From Diplonema japonicum (taxonomy: Eukaryota; Protista; Euglenozoa: Diplonemea): DNA of 64,000 nt. Each line of letters starts with the position of its first letter. Within the stretch, counting starts at the first letter, position 1. Made by a program: the position numbers and the translations under genes. The stretch is from positions 434,001 through 498,000 of the forward strand of contig OZ025685.1 of the NCBI GenBank assembly GCA_964019335.1. Direction: 5' to 3'. Positions 41,439 to 54,774 of the stretch are shown here, in pieces. Below the pieces are notes generated by a model, which was given only the letters and a program-made list of their open reading frames with translations, was not told the DNA's origin and ran no database searches.

Positions 41439-43313
41439 ATGATGCGCCTGCAGACATGTCTTGTGCTTGTGCTGTTGGTGTCTGAGTGCACTGCGCACGA
41501 AGATCAAAAATATGACCCCGATGAAAGCATCGCGCTCTTCGCGGACCACCTCGTCCCGGACGCGAACCCCAGCGAGAGCTATCCGTTTTTCGATTTGGCG
41601 TTCTGCAAGCCGACCACCATTGTGGACAAGAAGCAAAACCTTGGCGAAGTCCTGGGAGGGTCCAGGAAGATCTACTACACTAACTACAAGCTGAAATTTA
41701 TGAGAGATGTGCCCACCACCGAGCTCTGCACGAAGACGCTAAGCGTGGAGGAGGTACAGGCATTCAACCAATCGATATTACATTTCTGGCACTTCACCAT
41801 GTACTTCGACGAGATTCCCTTGAAGGCTTACATAGGGGAGTACGACCATAAGGGGAATGTGTACCTTTTCACCCACCACGAGTTCAACCTTTCTTACAAC
41901 AGGGATCGCGTCATCGAGTCACAGATCCACACCACACCTACCCCTGAAGGGAGGGTCCTGCTCACCCCTGGTAAGCCTCTTACCGTTACGTTCACTTACT
42001 CGGCGAAGTGGACGCAGACGTTGGTGCAGTTTGAGGACCGTTCCTCCAACAACCCGAAGGAGATTTACGACGAGGAAATTGACATCCAGTGGTTTTCAAT
42101 TATCAATTCGTTCATCCTCGTTGTGCTCCTGACTTCGTTCCTGGCCTTCATCACCATCAGGCTCCTGAGAAAGGACCTGCAAAGGTAATCCCCCCTCCCC
42201 CCCTCCATTTTTTCTTTTTTTCCCCTCAGGTACAGCGGTATGGACGATGTCGAAGAGCCGGATGAGACAGGCTGGAAGCTTATTCACACTGATGTGTTCC
42301 GGTTCCCGCACAGCCCGTCTCTGTTTTGTTCGATGCTTGGGGTGGGTGTTCAACTGTTGCTCATTTTCCTGTCCATGCTGACGCTCTCCGTGTTGGGTGT
42401 CTTCTACGCACACGGAAGGGGGACTATGTACGCCACCATCATCGTCATCTACTCCCAGACGGCGATAGTCGCTGGCTACATCAGCGGGGCATGGTACAAG
42501 AAGCTCGGCGGGGACCAGTGGGTGCACAACGTCCTCATCACGTGCGGGCTGTTCGTGCTCCCCGTGTTCCTCATCTGGTCGGTCCTCAACAGCATCGCCT
42601 GGGCACAGGGGTCCACCGCGGCACTGCCTGCCGGAACCGTCTTCGGGTTGTTCGCACTGTTCATACTTGTGGCGTTCCCGCTGACTTTGGCAGGTTTGTA
42701 TCATATATTTATAAAAAAAAAGGGAAAAAAAAATATTAAAGGCGCGATTTTCGGTAAGCACAACGGAGGCAGCCTTGACGCACCATGCCGTACAAAGCAG
42801 GTACCGAAGCCGATCCCCCCTGCACCGTGGTGGAGGGGGTCAGTGTATCACATTGCCGTGGCGGGGTTCCTCCCGTTTTCTGCGATTTACGTAGAGCTGT
42901 ACTATGTGTTCATGTCCCTGTGGGGGCATCAGCTGTTCACACCTTACTCGATCTTGTTCCTGGTGTTCGGGATTCTGCTGCTGGTATGAGGGGAGGAGGG
43001 GGGTGAAATGAAACCGACACAGGTAACTGCGTGCATCACCGTTGCACTGACGTACTTGCAACTCTCGATTGAGGACCACAACTGGTGGTGGAGGTCTTTC
43101 TTCAGCGGCGGTGCTACGGGGATGTTCATGTATTCTTACTCCTTCTACTACTGGGCCTTTGAGTCCCATATGTACGGCCTCTTGCAGTTGTCTTTCTACT
43201 TCGGGTACATGTTGATAATCTGCTACGCCGTCTTCCTCATGCTTGGTACCGTGGGCTTCTTCGCCTCGATGGCGTTCGTGAAGCAGATCTACGGGTCTAT
43301 TAAAATTGATTGA
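41439..43313 (+). CDS. TM9SF: Transmembrane 9 superfamily (EMP70/nonaspanin); exons 41439-42184, 42230-42693, 42742-42983, 43023-43313
   Basis: NPSESY, IQWFSIINS, ETGWKLIHTDVFRFP, GFLPFSAIYVELY, WWWRSF and the C-terminal IYGSIKID. Three GT-AG introns of 45, 48 and 39 nt. Confidence 0.95.
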
Positions 43314-43975
43314 GAAGTTTAATAATAGAAATGGGGGGGGGGGGGGGAGGAGAATGGCATTCTAAGATGCACTTATCTTTTATCGGCATAAGAAACCCCC
43401 CCCCCCCCCCCTCAACTTAATTTTTTTCAGTGTTTTTTTTTTTTCCACATTTTTTTTTTCGCCTCCCTTTTTTTTTTCTTTTTTTTTTTTTCCTCGCCCT
43501 TTCCAAGTTTTTTTTTCTTCTTGTGGGAAAGAAAGAGATTTTTTTTAAAAGAACTGTTTTTTTTTTTCTTCCCCCCCCCAAAGAACACCCATTCATATAA
43601 TAAAACTTAAAAGAAAAAGGAAGAAAGGGGGAGCAAGAAGAGGAAGAGGAAGAAGAAAAAAAAAAGAAAAAAATAGGATAGAAAAGAAAAAAAAAACCAA
43701 ATCCCCCTCCTTAGAGAGGAGGAAAGAAGTAAAGAAAGAAAAAGAAGAGAGAAAGGAGGATAACAGCGCGAGAGCCGATGGGACGGAAAGAAGAAGGAAG
43801 AGAAGGAAAAAAAAAAAAAAAAGAGGGTATAAAAAAAAAAAGAAAGAATACAAAAACCACATAAATTTAATAACTATTCGCAGCTGGTCAAACCCCCCCC
43901 CCCCCCCCCAACCATGATACCTTTTTATCCTTCCCCTTTCTCCCCCTAATAATTTCCTTTTTATAGTTTCACGCC

Positions 43976-44129
43976 CCCCATGTCTCTAAACCCTGAGCTA
44001 GAGGGAATTTTAGGAAGATTTCGAAACATCTTCCGGATAGTTGGCTGGAGGTTTTTTTTTTTCCTCGAATTCTTGAGTTTCTCGTTCTATCAAAAAAAAA
44101 GATTTTCGACGGGTTTTAGAGATATGGGA
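43976..44129. mobile_element. MITE-like element
   Basis: TIRs ccccatgtctctaaaccc / gggttttagagatatggga; internal hairpin ggaagat..atcttcc. Confidence 0.5.
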
Positions 44130-44278
44130 CGTCATTCCTTTTTTTTTTTTCTCTCGAATTCTTCTTCTTCTTTTTTTTTTTTTACCCTTTTTTTTTTTTA
44201 TATTCAGTTTCTTCATTTCTTTTTAAAAGAGTTTTCATTTTCATTCCTCTTGCTACTTGACCCCCCCCCCCCCCCCCA

Positions 44279-44444
44279 AGGGCTATGTAGGCAAGGAAAC
44301 GTGTTCCCAAGCTTTTTTTTTTTTGAAAATAAGGAAACGAAAACGGAAACATTTCCTTTTTTTTTTGGGGGGGCCGTTTTCCTTATCGTATCTGAAAAAT
44401 AAGGAAACGGAAACGTTTCCCCCGTTTCTAACCAACATAGCCCT
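44279..44444. mobile_element. MITE-like element (hAT-like end) with AAGGAAACG arrays
   Basis: TIRs agggctatgtaggcaaggaaacg / cgtttctaaccaacatagccct; internal repeated gaaaa(a)taaggaaacg. Confidence 0.6.
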
Positions 44445-44489
44445 AGGGGTATAAAAAGCCCCAGGCAAAGGTGGTTTTTTCAGTTTTGC

Positions 44490-44529
<40 letters not shown>

Positions 44530-44530
44530 G

Positions 44531-44578
44531 CTTTTCTAAGGCCATTTGGGTGGGTCAAGTCAACTGGCCTTAGAAACG
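44531..44578. repeat. Hairpin flanked by poly-A (5') and poly-T (3')
   Basis: Perfect 12-bp stem tttctaaggcca / tggccttagaaa. Confidence 0.75.
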
Positions 44579-44851
44579 TGTTTTTTTTTTTTTGAAAAAA
44601 AAAAAAAAAAAAAAAAAAAAAACACCTTCGCATGGGTTTTAGGGGGGGGTTTTGATACTCCCTACCCCTCCCCTTTCAAATTAAAAAAAGAAAAAAGAAA
44701 ACACACACAAAAAAAAAGACCAAATAAAAAAATGAACCAGTAAGGAGAGGGGAGAGAACGGAAAGTAAAAGAAACCAAGGAAAGATACAGGAAGAGAAAA
44801 AAAGGAGGAGAAAAACAAAAATAAAACAAAACCAACAACTAAAAATAAGCT

Positions 44852-47800
44852 ATGTCCGGACTTACAGCCGGATTCAAAAGTTTGTTCAAGACCTCCAAGA
44901 AACGGAGCGTTACAGAAAAAAGCGAGGGATCTCCCGGTGCACATGTTCAAGAAGGCAGGAAACTGCATGAAGAGGTAAAAAAAGAGGAAGAAACACCCCT
45001 GGGGTGGGCGGATATAAAGAAGGTTATTGAGGCACAAAGATCATGGAACCAAATGAAGGAATGCACCGCAAAGACCGAATGGCAAGCCGTCCTTGACGTT
45101 TCCCACCACGTGGCAGGGTGGGACGATGGTCGAGCCCTGCCAAAACCCGCGTTTAGAAAAGCCTTTGAAGACGGAACTGCGCTTACATGCACGATATCCA
45201 GGCTTCTCGCTGCAAAGATAAGAAGCGCCCTTCAGTCTGACTGTATAAAGGAGACAGTAGTGGTGCTGACCTCGCGGGAGTTTGCTTCAGCTATGTACCT
45301 CACAGGCTGGCTGTGTGAGACTATTGAAAGCACTGTTATCAATGTTGCGTCTTCTTCCATTCCGTCACTCGTTGTAGCTTTTCTGCAGTCGGTGGCTGGT
45401 CAAGACCTCCCTCCTGCTTCTCATGAACCTGTTTTCACTGTGATCTTCCCTACCCTCCGCAGCCTTGTTGTGCACCCCACATGTGTTGATGACCTCACGC
45501 GAGGAGGTTATCTTCGCACGTTACTCGAGCTCCTCCTTCGTGGTCTTCACAAGCCGAATATACCGCTCTTCCCTGCAAGGGCTGCATCGGAGTCTGCTGA
45601 CCTTCTTATCCTTGCTTCCCGTCGTAGTTTATCTCACGTTGCGGCGTTGAAGCCTATCACAACGCTTCTCTCTGAGTTCCACCGGCATCTTAAGTCCCCT
45701 TCCATGCAAGCGGTGCCCCTTCCTGAAAACGTTTGTATTGTTCAGGTTGCGGTTCTACGTATTGTTTCTGAGTTGCTTAAGCTCCTCGACATGCAGATCC
45801 CGACCCCCATCTACTCCAACCAGATCATGGGCTTCAACAGAACCGGTGTCGAGCTATGCGCCACCGCCGCGATACGCAGCTGTCAGTACAACTCTGCTGA
45901 ATCGGTTGTGCTTTTTTCCAATTTGGTGTACATCTCGAATCAGGGAGGGGAGTCGGGGGGGGCCACCGTTACTTCGCAGTCCGAGTCCATCTTCTCCGAC
46001 AGGGCACGGGCACCCTCCATCATGTTCACGGAGTCTGCCGAGGGCTCCACGCTTGCCAAAAACTCGGCTGTGTTCGGCATGCTGCCGAAGATCGCTGAAG
46101 AGTCCGACTCCGCCGCGCAGCAACGCGTTGCCGAATGCATGATGAAAATCTTCTCCGACCACAAGAACAACTACTCCCTCCTACACAAGACACAGGTACT
46201 TCCAAAACTACTCCACAAACTGGGCTCCCTGCAGCCCATGGGACAGATGTCTGTCATCCAGGTACTGCAGTTCGTCGTCCAGCAGCTCAACTACCGACCT
46301 GAACAAGCCATCTTCATGGCTGTGCACAAGGTTGGGGAACAAGATCTTCCGCCCCGGTTAGTCACTTCTCTCCTCCGGATGTTCATGGAGTTCATCAAAC
46401 TGGACCCCACCTTCCGCAACATTCTGAAGGATGCGGGCCTTACTTCGGCCTGCAACCTGTACTTCAAGAACCTCCTCACGACGCAGGAGCCGTCCACACC
46501 AGAGCAGTCCCGTTGCGCGGAGGCGGCACTTGACATCTGCCTGCTGATGATGGAAGGGAAGTCTGATGCGGCACACCAGCATCTTATGAACATCACGAAG
46601 AACGAAGGTGTGTTGACGCTGCTAAAATGTATGACAAGCAAAGTGCTGCACGAGGACATCAGGAAAGCCATGCGGAAGTTCCTCCTGGCAGCTGCAGCTG
46701 TGGATGCCCGCAGGGAAGAGTGCGGCGGGATCTTCGAAGCACTAATGTCGTATCTGGCGACAGGCGTTTCGAATATCGGAGTTGACTGGGCCTGCATCGG
46801 AGAGGGGCTTGGGGTGCTGCTCAAGGTGGTCGCAACCCAGCCTTCATGTAGACCTGTGTTCTCGCGGCTTCGACTGGCGGGCGGTATTCAGATTCCCTTA
46901 GCGCTATTACGCCCTCTGTCGGGGTTGGGGAAAACGGCCAGTGAGCCTGACCCTCCACTTCTTGCACCTGCCGTGACAAGATTGGCGTGGGCTCTGAGCG
47001 GGGTGATGTCAGTGCGGCATACGCCAGACCTCGGCACCTTCTGCGGCGCTTCAAGATCATTGTGCACCGTGCTTGGTGCGCGCCGTGCAGTGTGGGACAT
47101 GCTGTATGCCTCGGTTGGGTACTGGTTAGACGCATCCACGCACGACGCTCTCATCAGCGCACTCGGCACACCTACAGAGGTCTGCAGGCAGTACTACATC
47201 AAGGGGATGCCGACTGCAGTCATGTTCCCAGCAGCGTTGTCAGGGGCACTCGGTATCATCCCGCAGCTGAGCTCGGTGGAGGCCAAGGGCGTTATTAACT
47301 TCATTCAAGGTAACTTGGCGGGGGTGCCGCTGCTGGTGCCTGGTGACGTTGCCGGTGCGAATGCTGTGGTTGAGCTGGCGGAGAAGGAGTGGGCTAGTGT
47401 CGTCGATGACACCATGCTGGACTTCTTGATTGATGAACCAGAAGGAGTGCTGGAAGCTCTGCTACCTGACGCCTTGTCCGCATGGTGCCAGCCCAGCCAC
47501 ATCCGTAGACTGGCTGCTTTTGTGAAGAACCCCCCAGGTCCGGTAGCTTCTTTGGAGCAGGCAGCGAAGTCTGTCGCAGCCGTTGCGAGGAAGCCTCGCA
47601 ACACTAACCAGATCGCCTTCAATGGAGTTGCTAGCTCGGTACTCACCCTTGTGAACCCTGCTATACAGTGGCCCCCCTCGGGCATCACAATTAGTTGTTG
47701 GTTCGAATTCTCGAGACCGCCCGTCAGCAGTGATCACGATCCGAGCACGCAGCCAGGACCGATCGTGACCAGGCTCAGCTGGATGGACCAAGAGAACCGT

Positions 47801-50800
47801 AAGCTATTTGTGCAGCTGGGGATCGATGGACGAAACCACCTGGTGCTGGTCAGCAACTACATCACCGAAATCTCAAATGAAATGAGGGAAGAACCTATGC
47901 CGCAGCTACATACCTTTTTGGACTACGAGTTCAAAGAGGGCACGAAGTACCATATCGTTATGGTGCACCACAAGCAGGCGATGATGAAGATGGTGAAGAG
48001 TGAGGCTGTATTGTACGTGAACGGCGCGGTAGTACAACGCCTCCCTGTACCCTATCCTCCGTCCACTCAGCATACTTCGCCCAGGCTTAAGGCTTCTTGC
48101 GGTTTGGGCAAACCTCGTGCTACACGCCCTTATGGAGATTCTTGGGCCACGGGCGGTAGGCTGCAGGTGGCACAACTCCGTATTCTCGGCAACTCTGCAT
48201 GTCCTGCAAGCGTGCTGTCTATGTACGCCCTTGGTCCAGCGTACCAGGGTCCATATGACACTGCAAGCACAGAGACTCTTGCAGTGCAGCAGATGACGAG
48301 CAGGGCTTGTCCGGTGCTCACGCCTGCTCAGTTGGCACTGTTGGACCACCCTGCTAGCAATTGGCCAGACGGCACCGAGACTATCGGTGACGCGTGCATC
48401 TGGCTGCTGCTGCCTTCGACAGGTGCTGACCAATCAGTGCCTGTAGTCAGTAAGTCGAACAATGTGCCTGCAGAGCCTATCTACAGCGGGAACGTTGTGA
48501 GCATGGTCTGGGCTTCTCCAGGTGGGTCCATTGCCGTGTTGGCTGCGCAACGGGGTATGCCTCAGTTACTGCTGGGATGGGCACTGGAAGGACAGGCAGT
48601 GGGACTCGGGAAACCTTCGCAGCAGGCCATTCGGCAAACCATCCTGTGTTTGTTAAGTTTGCTGCGCTGCACAGCTGACATCGACCCACTCGTCTCTGAC
48701 GACTACTCTCTGCATGAAGGGATAGCTGGCTTGCTGCGGGAGCACCCTGCTCTGTGCGATGATCAGGTAGTGGAAGCTATCGTGTACGCTACTGTGTGCA
48801 ACGGTGCAGTGCGGTCGCTACCCCTGGTGAAGCACATCCTGCTGGATGGCTCGCTGTGGAGGAACTGCGGGACGTCATCAGCTGTACTGGCTTTAGAGCA
48901 CCTGAGGCAGTGTGTCTGCGACGGGAAGCTGAAACACTTCAACGCGCTGAGGCTGCAACGCGGTGCGGACATGACACGTGCTCTGCTGTACATGCTGATC
49001 GGGGAACCGGGCAAGCCGCCACACCACCTCATCATGCAGGGCGCTGTTGAGACGATGGAGCAGCATCTTGCCGCACTGGCAGTGGACCAGTTCAGTCTTG
49101 AGACAGCTTTTCTTGACATCTGCAGGTTCATCGGACACCTCATCAAGGAGACAGGGTTTGAAGGTATCTCAACTCAGCTGCGGCACTTCGTTTCGAACAG
49201 ACTCATGAAGCTCCTGCTTGACTTGGTGATATCAGGTAAACCCTCGCTGGACTCGGGCTTTGGGTGCTCTAGGAACTCGGACTTCATCGGCGCATCGGTG
49301 ATGCATGCTTTCACCAATGCGGCGGGGATATCACCAAAGGTGAAGCGGAAGCAGTCTTCAAAGGACCCGTTTACGGAGGCGATCCTGCATTGTACCGATG
49401 TGAGGTGGTTTGTAAACATTCTGGAGCGAGCACGGCACCCCGTCATGGCTGTGCTGACCTTAAAGCTGCTTGGGAGGACTTTTGCCTTGCCGGACAGAGT
49501 CGGCACGTTCCGCAAGACCATCGCAGCGTCGCGAGTGATTGCCGAGAATATTGATAAACACTGCAACCAACCTGAGGTGTACGCGATGGTCGTCGGACTG
49601 CTCTGCGACAATCCTGCTAAGGATCACACTATTGAAAATCTGGCGTCTGTCGGGAAGTTTGAGAAATCCGCCACAGAAAGCGATGCCGAGTTCCCTCTGT
49701 TCGGGACCATGTTGTCCATTGCACTCTCTCTGTCGGGGGCTTCATACGCATATGCTGCTGGACTAGGGAAGCAACTACTGTTCTCGCGCCCCGTAAACAG
49801 CAACAACCTCTTGATGGCCATCCCAACGCACTCGGCACGGGACAGGTGGCGCCGGCTGATGACGAGAGTGCGAGCCTTTGTCTGGCTGAAGGTGCGTCTG
49901 GGTCTCAACAAAATGGGATGCACGGCGTCAAGCCCAATAGAGGGAAGGGTTCACGTAGTGGATGGACCGAGCGCCGTGAAGCTAGCTGACGAAGCGCTGC
50001 TTCGCGTGGCGGCTTGTCTCCGAACAGGTGGCACTAGGCTGGATGCTTTCATGAAGTCTGAAGACATGCTCAGCAGCGCTGTAGACGTGGTGTTCTCCAC
50101 GATCCGCCCTCTCCCTGTGACCAAGGAAGACACGGCAGACGAGTTCGTTTTCATCGACAACGACCCCGAACAGTTTGATGCACTGGAAAGCGATGGGGAT
50201 GGTGACGACGCATCTGACGACTCGAACCTCTCCTACTCCAGCCTCGACCTGGGGACGACATCGCCCAGGAGTTCTACTTGGGTTGCCGAGGATGGCCCAT
50301 TCCCCTGCAACCTTCACAAGTCGCCTATCTTGCAGGTCATTGCTTGTGGTGTATGCGGTGCTGTGCTACGTGACACCCCCTGGACCATCATCGCTAAGAC
50401 ACGGAAGTCCAAACGCTCCACAGAGCGTGACTCTCCTGCGGCAGCCATCTTGCACAGGGTGCTGAACTCGTTCCCTGCCAATTCTTCCCTCGTTGCGCAG
50501 TCCTCCTTCCAGCTAGCTGTAGCGAAGGCGGTGCTCACAGCGATGCACACAGCCATCGACGTCATTCTCACTGAAGCAGCGTTCCTGCAAAACGCAGTCA
50601 GCATCTTGTCTTACCTCACTACACGCCTGTGCTCAGGATACGCGACTCCTGTACCTGAGCTGATGAACTTCGGGGCTGACATCCTGCACGGGATGGAGAG
50701 CAAGCAGCTTGTCCCTTTCAAAGGACTGTGGACGCAGTTCATCAACCGAGCCAGTTTGTGGCTGCTCTCAAGCAACCTGCACCCCAAAGAGCTCCCGTTG

Positions 50801-53794
50801 GAGTACGGGATCAACACTCTGCTAGCATCCCTCCCAATGGTGCTACACATCTCCAATGGCGAATCGGTCTTCTTGCAGCAGCTGGTGTACCTGCTGCATC
50901 AACTCATGAAGGTTCAGGTGGATACAGTTCAGGACAAGGTGTTGGTTGTCATGCGCCTGCTGGTCGACACTTTCCGGAATTCCCCCAGCCTTGTTGATGT
51001 CTTCATCTCGCCGAAGCGCAACCTACTGCAGGGCGGTTTCGATCAGCTGGACGGGACCGTGTCGGGCACGACGAGGTTCAAGGAGTGGTCTGCCTCTCAC
51101 GAGAACGAGCTGAACGACTTCTTTTCCCAAAAGCACATGACGGCACATCAAAAGTGGAGGAGGAGGGAGGAAAAACAAAAGGTGTGGCTGAAGCTCGTTG
51201 TGCAGGAAGCAAAGACAGCTGCTGCTGATATGCGCATTAAGCAGGAAAATTACAAATCGAAAAATAAAGAATGGTCAAACACGTATGACTTGGGTGTCGA
51301 GATGGAACCTTGTGTCTTTGCGTGGCCTACGACCTCTGCAGCTCTGCTCCGGTGCAGTCCTCGCACAGTGATCCCACCGTTTGCGGCTGTGAAGGGGGTG
51401 AGGTGGCCTTCGAGGGTGGCTAGCGTTTTAGGGCCGTGCATGCCTGCTGTGTCGGAAGCACCTGTCGCGAAGACGAAGAGAAGTGACGAGGAGCGGAAGG
51501 ACGAGCATGCGGCGTATCGTCTGTGCTGTCTTGCGTCAACTGATGATGGGTTGACACCTCTATGTGCTATGATCCACACACCGCCCACCAAGGTAGCCGG
51601 TCAGGTGGAAAGCGAGACTGTTGATGGGCTCAGCCAGGCTGCAAGCTGGTTCTGTAACGTCATCACTGCAAAGCACAACGACACGGCACAACACGTGTTC
51701 AACGCCTCGCGGGTGTGGTACCTGGAGTCCATCCCCACGTTGGTGATTGTCGGCCAGAAGTCCGTATACCTAGCATCGCACTGCAGACGGAACGAGCAGG
51801 GCGACGTGGAGTACTACCCCGCAAGGCTCAGTAGAACCGGACCACCTGTCAACACCGCTGAAGCCCAAAAAGCATCAAACAAGCAAAACAAAAGCGCTGT
51901 TGGCGGGCTATTAGCCCACGGATGGAAAGGCCTTAAGGGTGTCGTGGGTAGGCCTGGTGCGTTGAAGCAAAAGGGGACAGATGAAGAGAAGGAACACAGA
52001 GTGTTGCTGAGTATGACATTGGTGCACTTGTTCAGCCAAGGGTGCGTGATGGAGATCCCCCTTGGTGGCATTGCTGAAGTGGTGAAGAGGAGAACGCATC
52101 ATGAAGACGTGGCGTTAGAAATCACAACAGAGGTTGGGAAGGCGTTTTTGTTGACAGTGATGAACCTGTCGAGCATCATTTCGGAGAGCGAAAGGAACAG
52201 GATGTACAAGGTCATCATCGCTGCTGCCCCGTATGCGACCTGCCCTGACCACGCAGCTACCCTTGGGGACCTCACGCAGATGTGGCGGGTACGCATGCTC
52301 ACTAACTATGATTATATCCTCACCGTCAACGCTGTCGCGGGGCGCACCTTCTCCGATCTCAACCAATACCCTGTGATCCCGTGGGTGCTGGCATCTTACG
52401 ACACCCCCACCATTGACCTCTCGGACCGTTCTGTGTACAGGGACCTGAGCAAGCCTATGGGCGCACTGGACAACAAGCGAGCAGCCTCCTTCGAAGCACG
52501 ATTCTCAGAATGGGACGACCCCGAAATCCCAAAGTTCCACTACGGTTCGCACTATTCCACACCAATGATGGTGCTGTGGTACCTCACACGCCTCCAGCCC
52601 TACACCTCTATGGCTGTTGTGTATCAAGGTGGCAAGCTTGATCTGGCAGATAGACTCTTCCACTCTGTGGCAGATGCATGGCACTCCGCAAGCAGGGGTT
52701 CTAACACCGACGTAAAGGAGCTGGTACCTGAGTTCTACACCTCCTCCGAGTTCTTGCTTAACACGAATTCCCTCAACCTTGGTGCGAACAGGGAGGGCAC
52801 CGTGCTCAATGACGTTGTCCTCCCCCCTTGGGCCGCAAGCCCCGAGCACTTCATCGCTGTGCAGCGTGCAGCGCTAGAGTCGGAACACGTCTCCGCCAAC
52901 CTGCACAAGTGGGTTGACCTGATCTTCGGTGCGACACAGCTAGGGGAGGAGGCCGAGAGGAAGCTGAATGTGTTTTACCATCTCAGTTACAAGGGCGGGC
53001 TCAGCAGGCTGCTTGAGACTGCAGAGGACCCTGGCGAGAAATGGGCAGCAGCGACGCAGGTGGCGCAATTCGGGCAAACCCCCAAACAGCTGTGGACGGG
53101 TCACCACCACCAGCGCAACACTTCGCCGCTGAGCTCTAACGCACGGCTGGCAGGGGTGTGCAAGCATGCCCAAGCGAGCAAGTGTTACAGTGGTGTGCTT
53201 TTCAGTGCCACAGGTGACTACCAGACGGGCAGTTCCTTCACGTGGGTAAATGTGACAAGTACCGAAGGGTGCGGGCAGATGATGCTGCTGTCGCCTGGGC
53301 TCGGGCGTCTTGGCAGCGCACAGGGGTACATCGACATGTCTAAGCGCGACGGATTCGCTCGTGTGTACTGCTCTGGGGATGGACAGCTGGCTGCGAGACT
53401 GCCTCTGCCGTGCGGAATGAAGGGAGCCTCTGTGACAGCTATGCTGCATAATTCATTCATAGCATTCTGCGGGACGCCCACAGGCATCCTTGCCATGCAG
53501 ATCAACGCAAAAAGCATTCCCAGCTCCGCAACACCCTCGCCGTGGACGGCGTCTGGGCACCCTGCCTTTAAGTCCATCACACCGCTGTACCGTCTTGTGT
53601 CGCACTGGGGGCCCGTCGACAGACTCGTGCACATACCGGACACTTCGCTGCTGATTTCCTCGTCGAATGATGGCGGACAGCCTGTCGTGTGGCACGCAGG
53701 GCACAGGCAAGGGGCCTACTGCGGGCACCTTAAGGAACACAAAGGGCAGTTCATCGACGCAAAAGTCCTGCACAACAGGAGGTATTGCGCAAGA

Positions 53795-53842
<48 letters not shown>

Positions 53843-54452
53843 AGGTGGCTCTTCACATGCTCAGCTGACACAGTGTACATCTTCCACACAAAAGACCTGA
53901 GCAAGCTGGCAAGGGTGAAGGTGCCCGACTTCTCTTCAAGCATCGGGGCCGTGACAGCTGTCGAGCCAGTATGTCTTTCCCTTATAATTCCTCACAACGA
54001 AACAGCTGGTTCTGCCGGAAAGGGAGCAGCAAGTACCGTTCCTGACTGGGCATGCAACAGGTAAAGTGGCTTTGTGGAGTGCACTCCTATCAGACACAGG
54101 TATTAAAAGAGAATGGGGAAAAAAAAAAAACAAATTTTCTTTTTTTTTTTTTTTAAAGGTGCGATTGTAAAGTTGTCTTTTGAGATGGTACTGCCTCACT
54201 CCCCTCAGAGGGCCCCTGTCACAGCGCTGTTGCAGCGTCCCCCACCCTTTATGGTGAAGCCTAGCGGGCTGTACTATCAGACCGTGGCGTCAGGTATTTA
54301 AGGGATTCTTTTATTTAAAAACACAACAACTGACAGACGGCTTCAACTCCTTTGAAAAGCAGCCTTTCCTCTTCTCCGCCCACAGCGATGGGTCACTGTT
54401 GCAATGGAACGGAGGTGTTGATAGTTTGTCTCTGTGGCCTTCCCTCGTGTGA
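44852..54452 (+). CDS. BEACH-domain protein (ARM, ConA-like, PH, BEACH, WD40); exons 44852-53781, 53845-53968, 54006-54099, 54159-54293, 54337-54452
   Basis: BEACH motifs GRTFSDLNQYPVIPW, RDLSKPMG, HYGSHYS, DVKELVPEFY, LPPWA, WVDLIFG, FGQTP. Four GTAT..AG introns (63, 37, 59, 43 nt) restore WD40-like FLTGHATGKVALW and FSAHSDGSLLQW. Confidence 0.93.
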
Positions 54453-54774
54453 TGAACTCCCCCGAACGCCGTAAGATTTTTTTTTAAAAAGAGAGAAGAA
54501 ATTCAAGAAAAAAAAAGGGGGGCCCCTATTCTCCCAGTTCTACCTTTTTATTTTATTTTTATTTATTTTTTTTCTTGTTTATTATAGAGATTTGAAAAAG
54601 ACACCACGAAAAAAAAAAAAAAAAACAGACGAAAAGTGTTTTTTTTTTTTATTCTACAGCTTTCCCCCCCTTTTTATTTTCTTCGTTACGGTGTACGGTA
54701 AAAAGACTTTTTTTTCGTCCCCCCCCCAAAAAAAAAAACAGGGAAGGGGACACATTTTTTTACCCCCAAAAAAA

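Noticed and set aside
28095-54064. Apparent frameshifts or premature stops suggesting pseudogenes or recoding
   Set aside because: All are resolved by short canonical GT-AG introns; no alternative genetic code is needed.
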